The notes under the pieces were generated by a model. The model had not been told where the DNA came from. It saw only the letters and a program-made list of their open reading frames with translations, and searched no databases. Both the position numbers and the translations under genes were made by a program. A stretch of 64,000 nt of DNA from an uncultured bacterium (GTDB lineage Bacteria; Acidobacteriota; HRBIN11; JAKEFK01), in the NCBI GenBank assembly GCA_963777505.1, contig CAVZQN010000004.1, positions 224,001-288,000 on the forward strand. Direction: 5' to 3'. Within the stretch, counting starts at the first letter, position 1. Each line of letters begins with the position of its first letter. Of this stretch, positions 52,719-61,369 are shown piece by piece.

Positions 52719-53333
52719 ATGCCGTCCAGAAATGAACGGATAGGCTCCGTCGTTCAGCAAGGCATCGTCCTCTTCTCGCGATTATTGCCTTTTCCAGCTT
52801 CAACGCTGGTTTCCGCAATCGCTGCAGCTGTTGTCACAAAAATTTTGGATCAACACGAACAACGTGTTTCCGAAGTTCTAAGTAGTGAACTTTCTGCCAG
52901 CCACATTTCATATGTAAATCCGGATGATGCTGAAATGCTCGCATTCTTTGAAAAGAATTTTCTCTTTCCTGAACTCCGATCGGAATTTGAGCCGGAGCTT
53001 AATTCAGGAAACATCACAAGACTTCGCGAACTGTATCCATATATTTATTCGGCCTTGATTCTTGAACGCCAGGTGCCGGCACTGTTGTTCCATGAAGAAA
53101 TCAAACAGAAGAAGTATCGAGAACTTGCTTTGCGATATGAAGAGTTAAGCCGCGGGTATACCGCAATTGAAGGAAACGCGGAACTTGAGACAAAGATCAA
53201 CCGGTTTGCTGGAGAATTGCTTGTTGTTCTGGATGCTGCCTATGAAGCCTTCAGGAAAGAAAAGAAAGTTGATAAAAACGAAATGATTTACGAGATCATT
53301 GATATAGTCCGGGAGATTGCAAAAAAAGAATGA
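52719..53333 (+). CDS. Hypothetical protein
   Basis: 204-aa ORF with TACAAT upstream; ATGA overlap with the next gene. Confidence 0.6.
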   Translation: MPSRNERIGSVVQQGIVLFSRLLPFPASTLVSAIAAAVVTKILDQHEQRVSEVLSSELSASHISYVNPDDAEMLAFFEKNFLFPELRSEFEPELNSGNITRLRELYPYIYSALILERQVPALLFHEEIKQKKYRELALRYEELSRGYTAIEGNAELETKINRFAGELLVVLDAAYEAFRKEKKVDKNEMIYEIIDIVREIAKKE

Positions 53334-54295
53334 AGCGAGCAGCAACAATTTTACTGATTGTCATATTTGCTTCGTGTGCAATCAAAAAAGTAGAAACAGC
53401 AAAGTCGCTTTATATGCAAGCACGCGCCTCTCAAGAAAGCGGTGAAGATCTGGCAGCAATTGCTACCTGGAAATCAGTAGCCGAAATGGCAGGGAAAGAG
53501 ATTGAAGCAGGAAAATACATAAATACAAATTTGATCCTAAGGGCCTCTGCTTACGTCGAACTTGGAGAGTGGGATCGCGCATTCGAGGATTTGAAGAACA
53601 TAAAAGCAGAAGAGTTGCGCGATGAAGAACTGTGGATTTATCCAATGTATTCAATCCTGATGGGTGATTATTTCGCAAAACAAAGTATGCCTTCGGTTGC
53701 TGAAAATTTTTATCAATCGATTCTTCGGAAATCAGCATTCAAATCATCTTCAATATTTCTACTCGCTCTGGAAAGGCATGTTAACAATTCAATTCAGGTA
53801 ATTCAGCAGCGAGCCTTATCCAGTAAAGACCCTGAGAAATACAAAACGAAAGAATATGAAACGTTGTTGAAGGAAATCGAGAAGTACGTTGAGGAATTTC
53901 CAGAAAGCAGTGTTTCACATTATTTAATGGCGGATTTACTTTGGAAACAAAAGCAAGCAGATGCTGCTATTGAACATTTCCTTGCATCTCTTGAACTAGG
54001 TTTGCCGACGAAAGACTTTAAGAAGAGTGCCGAATTTGAAATTGCTTCGATTCTGACTGATTATGAAATTTCACCCTCACTACGGCCTGCTATTCTAAAA
54101 CGCGCTGTAGGTTGGTGGCCTGTAAACGCTGATGAATCGATATTTAAAGCTGGTGAAAATACGGCAGATTGGCTTTCGAAACAAGAATTCATCCGGCCTC
54201 CTGAGGGTTTAAATACTGATGCGACGTTGCGCATCAGATATCTTGCGATTTCAAATGGAGAGAAGCTTAAAATTTTATTATGGGAGAAATTGTGA
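53330..54295 (+). CDS. Lipoprotein with TPR-like helices
   Basis: Lipobox FASC; TPR-like segments. Confidence 0.65.
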   Translation: MKRAATILLIVIFASCAIKKVETAKSLYMQARASQESGEDLAAIATWKSVAEMAGKEIEAGKYINTNLILRASAYVELGEWDRAFEDLKNIKAEELRDEELWIYPMYSILMGDYFAKQSMPSVAENFYQSILRKSAFKSSSIFLLALERHVNNSIQVIQQRALSSKDPEKYKTKEYETLLKEIEKYVEEFPESSVSHYLMADLLWKQKQADAAIEHFLASLELGLPTKDFKKSAEFEIASILTDYEISPSLRPAILKRAVGWWPVNADESIFKAGENTADWLSKQEFIRPPEGLNTDATLRIRYLAISNGEKLKILLWEKL

Positions 54296-54696
54296 AGCGG
54301 CCTTATAACTGCTATCTGACGGCAGATGTCATTGTTCATGCAGGCAATGAAATCCTGCTCGTTCGTAGAAAGATTGAACCGTTCCAGGGCTCATGGTGCA
54401 TTCCGGGCGGATTTGTGGAACAGGATGAAAAAATTCTTGATGCGGCGTTGCGCGAACTTCAAGAAGAAACCGGGATTGAAAATGTTTCGATTACTCCGTT
54501 CGGTACTTATGGTGATCCAGGGCGGGATCCGCGCGGACGTACAGTCACCGCGGTGTTTGTGACTCGTTTAAATGAAAAGCCACACACACAGGCTGGTGAT
54601 GATGCTGCGGAATGCGGTTGGTTTTCTTTGGATGACCTTCCGCCGATGGCATTCGATCATAAAAAAGTTTTGGAAGACTATCGCTGCAGTTTGTAA
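54280..54696 (+). CDS. Nudix hydrolase (ADP-ribose pyrophosphatase-like); true start may be GTG 54292
   Basis: Nudix box GGFVEQDE...AALRELQEETG; RDPRGR and AFDH motifs. Confidence 0.88.
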   Translation: MGEIVKRPYNCYLTADVIVHAGNEILLVRRKIEPFQGSWCIPGGFVEQDEKILDAALRELQEETGIENVSITPFGTYGDPGRDPRGRTVTAVFVTRLNEKPHTQAGDDAAECGWFSLDDLPPMAFDHKKVLEDYRCSL

Positions 54697-54776
54697 CGCT
54701 GGCCTCTGGCTGATCCAGAAATCTAACCACGATGTAACAGAGGCCGCGCAGCGGACAAACAGAAATGAATGAAAAT

Positions 54777-55016
54777 AGCCCCCAGCGTAAGCTTGGGGTC
54801 AATTGGAGTGTAACGATTTAGCCTGCCGAAAGCGGGCGTAAGAGTTTTCATAGTGACTGGTCTTTCGCCCGCTTGAAGCGGGCAGGTTCTTTTCTCGTCC
54901 TTTTACCCCCGGCTTACGCCGGGGGCTAGGGATTTTTAAAGCTGTTCACGAAGATGCACGAAGTCTGAATTGTATTTAGTAAAATCTTCGTGACTCTTCG
55001 TGATCTTCGTGGTTTA
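54777..55016. repeat. Cluster of palindromic repeats: an AGCCCCCGGCGTAAGCCGGGG-type dyad and a CACGAAG/CTTCGTG hairpin
   Basis: AGCCCCCAGCGTAAGCTTGGGG ... CCCCCGGCTTACGCCGGGGGCT with inner GCCCGC hairpins; CTTCGTG x3 against CACGAAG x2. Confidence 0.65.
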
Positions 55017-55035
55017 AAATTAGGAAGCTTCAATC

Positions 55036-55761
55036 ATGTCTATACGTAAAGCGACCTCTCTAAGAAAGTCAGCGGAATCATTTTTAGATTTTCTGGACAG
55101 CTGGATTGCAGACCTTCCGGTCATTTCCATGAAATCGGTTTTAAAGAATTTCGGTCCCGAAGAAACTGCAATTACATGTGTCGATGTCGTAAATGGTTTT
55201 TGCAAAGAAGGAAATCTTGCTTCACCGCGCATTGGCCGTATCGTCAATCCTATCGTTCAACTGCTGAGGAATGCAGAGCAGCATGGCATCAATTACTATT
55301 TACTGCCTCAAGACAATCATCCGGAGGATAGTAAGGAATTCGAGATATATCCGCGGCATTGCATGGAAGGATCTGTTGAATCAAAAACGGTACAAGAGAT
55401 TAGCGATCTGCCGAACGCTTTTAAGTTTAAGGTAATTCCAAAAACAACGATCAATCCTGGCCTTGAAAAGGAATTACAGATGTGGGTTGAGCAAAACCCT
55501 GAAGTATCCCAGTTTATCGTGACTGGCGATTGTACCGATTTATGCGTCTATCATCTTGCGATGTATTTAAAGCTGCAAGCAATCAAAAAAGAAAAAGGAT
55601 CTTCTGTGATCGTGCCGGCTAACTGCGTGGATACTTTTGACCTCGGGATGGAGATGTATCGCAACGAAGGTGTACCGCCGCATCCGGCAGATTTATTCCA
55701 TGCGATTTTCCTGTATCATTTGCACTTGAACGGCATTCGGATTGTGGCACGTATTGAATGA
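55036..55761 (+). CDS. Isochorismatase/nicotinamidase-family cysteine hydrolase
   Basis: VDVVNGF, QDNH, PRHC, K and GDCTDLCV catalytic and metal residues. Confidence 0.85.
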   Translation: MSIRKATSLRKSAESFLDFLDSWIADLPVISMKSVLKNFGPEETAITCVDVVNGFCKEGNLASPRIGRIVNPIVQLLRNAEQHGINYYLLPQDNHPEDSKEFEIYPRHCMEGSVESKTVQEISDLPNAFKFKVIPKTTINPGLEKELQMWVEQNPEVSQFIVTGDCTDLCVYHLAMYLKLQAIKKEKGSSVIVPANCVDTFDLGMEMYRNEGVPPHPADLFHAIFLYHLHLNGIRIVARIE

Positions 55762-56036
55762 AAGGCGTCTATTGGCTCGCGTTTATGATGTTCTTGGGTC
55801 TTGTCATCATGGCATATTCATCCCACAGGATGATGAATATTCTTCAAGAACGGAATTTGACGTCACCTGCGGGTGCACAATCAAGACAACAGGATCCTCA
55901 GATCCCTTCCATTATGGTGGCTGATCCGGACATTCAGCCTTACCTTACTGGAAGCTTTTTTGGTGCTGCACTATTTATGGTGGGCGCAATTGGTGGAGTT
56001 ATTGCAATTGTTAAAGCATACACAAGGCGGTTTTGA
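55758..56036 (+). CDS. Small 2-TM membrane protein
   Basis: Two hydrophobic helices; overlaps or abuts both neighbours. Confidence 0.6.
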   Translation: MKGVYWLAFMMFLGLVIMAYSSHRMMNILQERNLTSPAGAQSRQQDPQIPSIMVADPDIQPYLTGSFFGAALFMVGAIGGVIAIVKAYTRRF

Positions 56037-56038
56037 AA

Positions 56039-56473
56039 ATGATTGAGGTAAAGTTTACCAAGCTTCGCGCAGATGCACGGATTCCAGAATATAAATCGAG
56101 CGAGGCAGCCGGTGCAGATCTATATGCATGTCTTTCGGAGCCAATTTCGGTTGCAGGATTTGGAATTATTTTGGTTCCTACGGGTCTGGCGATAGAAATT
56201 CCTTCCGGGTATCAAGGTGAAGTCCGCGCCCGAAGCGGTTTGGCTTTAAAAGAAGGTTTATTTGTTTTGAATGGTCCAGGAACGATTGATTCAGATTACA
56301 GGGGTGAATTAAAAGTAATTCTCGCAAACTTTACTTCCGAAACGAAAGTAATTCATCCAATGGATCGCATTGCTCAGTTGTTGATCATGCCTGTAGTGCG
56401 CGCGAGTTTTGTCGAAGCCGAGCTATCGGAAACCGCGCGCCATTCGAACGGATTCGGTTCAACCGGTAAATAA
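56039..56473 (+). CDS. dut: dUTP diphosphatase
   Basis: AGADL, RSGLA, GTIDSDYRGE, RIAQL and RHSNGFGSTG. Confidence 0.96.
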   Translation: MIEVKFTKLRADARIPEYKSSEAAGADLYACLSEPISVAGFGIILVPTGLAIEIPSGYQGEVRARSGLALKEGLFVLNGPGTIDSDYRGELKVILANFTSETKVIHPMDRIAQLLIMPVVRASFVEAELSETARHSNGFGSTGK

Positions 56474-56540
56474 GTGCTGAACAATGAGTCATGAGGGCTG
56501 AGTTTTCTTCACTCATTTGCTCATTACTCAGCACTTAGTG
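56474..56540. repeat. Heptamer-repeat hairpin (GTGCTGA-like / ACTCAGC-like)
   Basis: gtgctga acaatga gtcatga gggctga ... actcatt ... actcagc acttag. Confidence 0.6.
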
Positions 56541-56575
56541 CTAAAATCCGAGTATCACTTCCTGGAGGAATCATC

Positions 56576-56788
56576 ATGGATTTTCGAGATGAAATTGCAG
56601 ATCTCGCTTACGAACTTTATGTAAATAGCGGTTATATCGAAGGCCGCGATAATGAAAATTGGCTGGAAGCTGAGCGCATTATTCTTGCGCGTCATCGTTT
56701 GCAAGATAAACCTGTTGAAACAAAAAAGAAGCGGGTTATGAGATCAAAGGGTAAAAAGGATAAATCAAACGAATCGAATATCGCATAA
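56576..56788 (+). CDS. DUF2934-like small protein
   Basis: IADLAYELY...G..EGRDNENWLEAE; SD GGAGG. Confidence 0.8.
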   Translation: MDFRDEIADLAYELYVNSGYIEGRDNENWLEAERIILARHRLQDKPVETKKKRVMRSKGKKDKSNESNIA

Positions 56789-56817
56789 ATTCAGTATTCA
56801 GCAGGTAAATATCAAAT

Positions 56818-57582
56818 TTGGATAACTTAAAAAGACAGGAGGCGCTCGAAAGAGAACATTCTCCTGACGTTATCGCCGAACGTTTAGCAGCAAAGCGTCA
56901 TCATAGTTATTTAGGTGATGCAGTTCTTGGGGCAATTGATGGTTGTGTGACAACCTTTGCCGTGGTTTCCGGAGTTGTCGGCGCAAATTTACCTCACCGT
57001 GTTGTTGTTATCTTAGGCTTTGCAAATTTGCTGGCAGATGGTTTTAGCATGGCAGTCGGAAATTATCAGAAAAGTAAAAGCGACCGCCAGCGTGTGGATC
57101 AATTCAGAAGAATTGAGTCACAACATATTGATGATGTTCCAGAGGGTGAACGCGAAGAAATCCGCCAGATTTTTAAGCGTAAAGGCTTTGAAGGACCAGT
57201 TCTGGAAGAAATCGTGTCGGTTATCACAAAGGACCGTGAACAGTGGATTGATACGATGCTCACTGAAGAACTTGGTTTGCAATTAGAAAGTGCCTCACCG
57301 ATCAAAAGTGCACTGACCACATTTGCAGCTTTTATTATTCTTGGTTTAATCCCGATCTTGCCTTTTATGCTTCCATTGAATTTACAGCCTCAAAGTATTT
57401 TTATTGCAAGTGCGATTGCGACCAGTATCGCGTTCTTTGTCATTGGAATACTGAAAGGTCGTGAGCTTGAACAACCTGCGTTGCGCTCGGGTCTGGAAAC
57501 ACTGGTTATGGGGTGTTGTGCGGCCGCGTTGGCTTATGGTGTTGGCGTATGGCTGCGTTCATTCGCCGGAACAACCGAATAA
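56818..57582 (+). CDS. VIT1/CCC1 family Fe/Mn transporter
   Basis: LGAIDGCVTTFAVV, ANLLADGFSMA and MLTEELG. Confidence 0.9.
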   Translation: MDNLKRQEALEREHSPDVIAERLAAKRHHSYLGDAVLGAIDGCVTTFAVVSGVVGANLPHRVVVILGFANLLADGFSMAVGNYQKSKSDRQRVDQFRRIESQHIDDVPEGEREEIRQIFKRKGFEGPVLEEIVSVITKDREQWIDTMLTEELGLQLESASPIKSALTTFAAFIILGLIPILPFMLPLNLQPQSIFIASAIATSIAFFVIGILKGRELEQPALRSGLETLVMGCCAAALAYGVGVWLRSFAGTTE

Positions 57583-57606
57583 TTACAATTCACGAAGGGA
57601 ATTTTC

Positions 57607-57873
57607 ATGAAAACATTTTGGATTACATTTGCCACTCTATTTGTAGCAGAACTTGGAGATAAGACCCAGCTTTCTGTTATCACTTTAACTTCAAAAACCG
57701 GCGAAGCATGGAAAGTGTTTTTTGGTGCTGCTTCCGCACTCGTTTTAGTTACACTGCTTGGCGTGTTACTCGGCGAAACTCTCGTACGTTACGTTCCTGA
57801 AATGGTAATCAAAAGAGTTGCCGCTGCAGCATTCGTGATCATCGGCGTACTCATGTTCTTCAACAAACTGTAA
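57607..57873 (+). CDS. TMEM165/GDT1 (UPF0016) single-domain Mn/Ca transporter
   Basis: AELGDKTQL motif; 3 TM helices. Confidence 0.88.
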   Translation: MKTFWITFATLFVAELGDKTQLSVITLTSKTGEAWKVFFGAASALVLVTLLGVLLGETLVRYVPEMVIKRVAAAAFVIIGVLMFFNKL

Positions 57874-57984
57874 CGGAGCGCGGACATCCTTGTCCGCATT
57901 AAGGGCCGCAGGCATCTTGCCTGCAAGAAAATTTGCGGACTGGAAGTCCGCGGCCCGTAATGCAGGCTAGAAGCCTGCGCTCCG
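57874..57984. repeat. Four GGAGCGC/GGGCCGC-type REP palindromes, two per orientation
   Basis: GCGGACATCCTTGTCCGC, GCAGGCATCTTGCCTGC, GCGGACTGGAAGTCCGC and GCAGGCTAGAAGCCTGC. Confidence 0.75.
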
Positions 57985-58033
57985 TAAGTTTTTGTGTCTT
58001 TGCGGTTTAAGCCGTCCGTGATTAAATCTCGGG

Positions 58034-58939
58034 ATGCGCTTCGGAAATTTCACCCGTGTAGATCTGATGCTTCTGCTGATGGTGATATTTTGGGGCGCAA
58101 ATATTACTATCATCAAAGTCGCGCTTAAAAATTTCCATCCGATTGCATTCAATTGCTTAAGGTTTCTCATTGCAACAGCCACTTTATCGCTCATTCATAA
58201 AAGAATTTTTGCGGACCGCATTGAAAAACAGGACTGGGCATGGCTCATCCTTCTCGGTCTTTTGGGCAATACTGTTTATCAGTTCCTCTTTATATATAGC
58301 GTGAAATTTACGCATGTTTCACACGTTGCAATTTTGCTCGCAACGACTCCTATTTTTACTGCAGCTATCAGCAAAGGGATGGGATTTGAGCAGGTTGGCG
58401 CAAGAATATGGTTTGGAATTTTTCTTTCTTTTGCTGGTGTAATGCTGATTGTTTTTGGTGGCAAGGAGTTTAGTTTTGGAAACGTTTCATCTTTGATTGG
58501 AGATGCATTTATTATTGGTGCCTCTCTGGTCTGGAGTATTTATACGGTTTTTAGCCGAAGAATCATAGAAAGGTATTCTTCATGGCATTACATCGTTTAT
58601 ACAATCGCTTTTGGAACACTCTTTATGCTGCCTATTTCAATTCCAGCGGTGATCCGGCAGGATTATTCGCTTTTAGGATGGACTGAATGGCTTGCATTGT
58701 TTTACGCCGCCTTACTCGCACTTGTGTTTGGATATTCAGCCTGGTATTACGGCGTTGATAAAATAGGAAGCACACGCACTTCTATCTATTCGAGTCTCAC
58801 TCCTGTCGCGGGCGTAGGATTAGGGATGATTTTTCTCGGCGAAAGATTGTCGCTTCTTCAATGGCTCGGATCAGCCATCATTTTCGGCGGGCTGATGATC
58901 AATCGATTTGCGAAACGCGAAACGTGTCCACCTGAGTGA
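58034..58939 (+). CDS. DMT/EamA family transporter
   Basis: FWGAN...K; about 10 TM helices in two repeats; PV...LGE. Confidence 0.9.
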   Translation: MRFGNFTRVDLMLLLMVIFWGANITIIKVALKNFHPIAFNCLRFLIATATLSLIHKRIFADRIEKQDWAWLILLGLLGNTVYQFLFIYSVKFTHVSHVAILLATTPIFTAAISKGMGFEQVGARIWFGIFLSFAGVMLIVFGGKEFSFGNVSSLIGDAFIIGASLVWSIYTVFSRRIIERYSSWHYIVYTIAFGTLFMLPISIPAVIRQDYSLLGWTEWLALFYAALLALVFGYSAWYYGVDKIGSTRTSIYSSLTPVAGVGLGMIFLGERLSLLQWLGSAIIFGGLMINRFAKRETCPPE

Positions 58940-58976
58940 ATTTCAATCTGAAATCTTACATCTGAAATCTGAAATT

Positions 58977-59159
58977 CTATTGCGCCCAGTCATCCTCAGG
59001 TGGAGGAGCCTGATGAAGCGACATCGGTTGATTCTCCATTAGATGAGTAACCAATCGGCTGCTGCAGTCCCAACAGTATAGAATTTCGGAATCTTCGGTG
59101 TAGCCTTCAATCGGGATCTCGGCATGACAAACAGGACAAACACCATTTAAACTATTCAT
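58977..59159 (-). CDS. LysW-like zinc-ribbon amino-group carrier protein with atypical C-terminus (EDDWAQ)
   Basis: CPVC...EILYCWDC..RL...APPPEDDWAQ aligns by eye with LysW (CPEC..CxxC..AP..EDWGE); SD GGAGG before ATG 59159. Confidence 0.7.
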   Translation of the reverse strand: MNSLNGVCPVCHAEIPIEGYTEDSEILYCWDCSSRLVTHLMENQPMSLHQAPPPEDDWAQ

Positions 59160-59268
59160 CCCAACTTCCTCCAGTCGAATCAATACCGGTAATCTTATGT
59201 TACTGATTTCTGGCGTCAATTTTCTTACGAAAATTTACAAAATTCGTTAAATTTGTTAAAAATTGAAC

Positions 59269-59931
59269 ATGATTACAATTCCAGAAGCCGTCGAAAGTAT
59301 CGTTCATAAAATTCCATTCTTAGAAGCGGGTCTTGCAGGAGGGATTCTGAATCTTTCCGCACTTGCAAGAGTGATCAGACCTGAAGTGAAGAAAATGATT
59401 TACAAAGATGTTACAGAAGCTTCCATCATCATGGCTTTGAGGCGGCTTCCGGTAAAGAAAGGATCGCTGCGGAATTTAAGGAAAGGACATTGGAAAGAAT
59501 ATGAAATGATCGTACGATCCAATCTAGCGGAATTTACTGTTTTCAATTCGGACCTGAGCGCTTCAAAATACAAAAATTTGTTGCAGCTAATTGACGTTCA
59601 AAAAGGGCACTTCTTTACAGTTACGCAAGGTATTTTTCAAACAACGATCATCACAAGCAAGGATCTTGAAAAGCAGGTTCTAAAAATTTTGGCGCGAGTA
59701 AAAATTGTTTCTCGCTTTTCGAATCTGTCATCAATTACTTTGAGGCTGAGTCAGGAAACGGTCAAAACCCCCGGTGCCTATTATTTTATTTTGATGCAAC
59801 TAGCCTGGCATGGTATTAATTTGATCGAAGTCGTATCCACATTTACAGAATTCACTGTCATCCTAAACGAAAAAGAAGTCGACCGCGCATTTTCAGCCCT
59901 GAAAGGCTCTTTACCTGAGTATCTGCTTTAG
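59269..59931 (+). CDS. N-terminal HTH-like + C-terminal ACT-domain protein (family often annotated 'aspartate kinase'; no kinase domain here)
   Basis: NLSALAR...VTEASIIMALRR; ACT-like TPGAYY..LAWHGINLIEVVSTFTE. Confidence 0.7.
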   Translation: MITIPEAVESIVHKIPFLEAGLAGGILNLSALARVIRPEVKKMIYKDVTEASIIMALRRLPVKKGSLRNLRKGHWKEYEMIVRSNLAEFTVFNSDLSASKYKNLLQLIDVQKGHFFTVTQGIFQTTIITSKDLEKQVLKILARVKIVSRFSNLSSITLRLSQETVKTPGAYYFILMQLAWHGINLIEVVSTFTEFTVILNEKEVDRAFSALKGSLPEYLL

Positions 59932-60096
59932 TCCTGTAAATACTGATATTTGCAAAAGCCTGATCCAATTTTGAGACACATTTGACAATTTTTGTGTCGT
60001 CTTTTTGGGGACAAGGGATGGAATAATTTTACGATACTGAGGTCAGAGATGCAGGAATAGTTTCCTCCATGTGATGAGGAGTGGTGAGGAGGAAAC

Positions 60097-60675
60097 ATGA
60101 AAAGGGTTTTTATCTTGCTTGTGGTTCTAATTTTGCCGCAGGTTGGTTTCTCTGATGAAGGATCGATTTCGGCGCTTCAATTAAAAACGAAATCACGCGC
60201 TGTAAAAACAATTCCAAGCATGTATGATGCTGGAATCAACACTGCGCAAGTCGAACGATTACAATACCGAACCTATTTCATCCTATTGAACTCTACAAAC
60301 GGCCAATATGAGTTACAGGTATACAAGCTTGTGCGATATGGAAACAAACAAGTAAACAGCATTTTTGCGTCACAGTTCGAATCCAGCGTGGAATATGCGT
60401 ATTCTTACGAAGCTTCAGGGGACAGAATCAGAAGGGATCACTTCCTGTATCCGCCAGATTCTTTAACTGGTTGGGCGAACCCAACTGATTATGTAACCGT
60501 GAAAGAGTTTGTTTGGAAGGAAGCATTTCCTGCTAAGAATTGTACGCGGAATGTATATACAAGCGAACAGTATAACCGCGAATATCTAGAAGCTTCCTGT
60601 TTTCGAGATCGGGATAGTGCACTCCGGTTTGGCAAAAAATTTGTTGATTATGTTTTAGGAAACCGCGGAATGTAA
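60097..60675 (+). CDS. Secreted hypothetical protein
   Basis: Strong SD and signal peptide; no recognised motif. Confidence 0.65.
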   Translation: MKRVFILLVVLILPQVGFSDEGSISALQLKTKSRAVKTIPSMYDAGINTAQVERLQYRTYFILLNSTNGQYELQVYKLVRYGNKQVNSIFASQFESSVEYAYSYEASGDRIRRDHFLYPPDSLTGWANPTDYVTVKEFVWKEAFPAKNCTRNVYTSEQYNREYLEASCFRDRDSALRFGKKFVDYVLGNRGM

Positions 60676-60787
60676 AACAGACCCGGCAATTTCTTATTCA
60701 TATTGGAATCTGCATATTTCAGACATATCTTGGCTACTGGTGTCCTTTCAAAACGGCGGGTCTTGGATCCGCCGTACTATAGGAGTC

Positions 60788-61318
60788 ATGCCGATGAACA
60801 AGAAAAGTACGACGAAAGATCTGACCGAAGAAGAGATTGAAAAAGCTGAAGAATCGGGTGAGCGTGTTTCTGGTGAACCGGAGCAAAATCTTGCAGCAAT
60901 CGGTGCTGGAGGAATTGCGTCTGCTGCAGCAGGAGCCGCAATTGGTACTGCTGTAGGAGGTCCTATTGGCGGCGCCATCGGGGCAGCTGCAGGCGCAATC
61001 GTAGGCGGAGCAGCCGGGGATGCGATTGCAGATAATTTTGATCCGAAAATCGAAGAGGTGTATTGGCAGGAAAATTTCAGGAATCGACCTTATTACAAAC
61101 AAGGTGACAAATACGAAGACTATCTGCCTGCATATCGATTCGGATGGGAATCTGCGATCCGCGATGAATATAACGACCGGAACTTTGACGCACTTGAATC
61201 AGACTTACGCACTGATTGGGAAAAGCAGCAAAAGCCATACCGCAACTGGGATGATGCACGTGCAATGATCGAAGAAGGGTTTGTTAGAATTCGCAATCAG
61301 CGATTGAAGAAAAAATGA
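60788..61318 (+). CDS. Glycine-zipper-containing protein
   Basis: AGAAIGTAVGGPIGGAIGAAAGAIVGG; YW..N...RPYY and Y.PAYRFG motifs; SD AGGAG. Confidence 0.75.
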   Translation: MPMNKKSTTKDLTEEEIEKAEESGERVSGEPEQNLAAIGAGGIASAAAGAAIGTAVGGPIGGAIGAAAGAIVGGAAGDAIADNFDPKIEEVYWQENFRNRPYYKQGDKYEDYLPAYRFGWESAIRDEYNDRNFDALESDLRTDWEKQQKPYRNWDDARAMIEEGFVRIRNQRLKKK

Positions 61319-61369
61319 TTGTCGATCCGCCTTCTGGCTATTAAGCTGGTAGTAGTTTGGAGGAAAATC

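Noticed and set aside
59269-59931. Aspartate kinase (lysC) call
   Set aside because: There is no amino-acid kinase domain (no KFGG motif) and the protein is too short.
60018-60033. Second sigma54 promoter (TGGAATAATTTTACGA)
   Set aside because: It lacks the invariant GC at -12.
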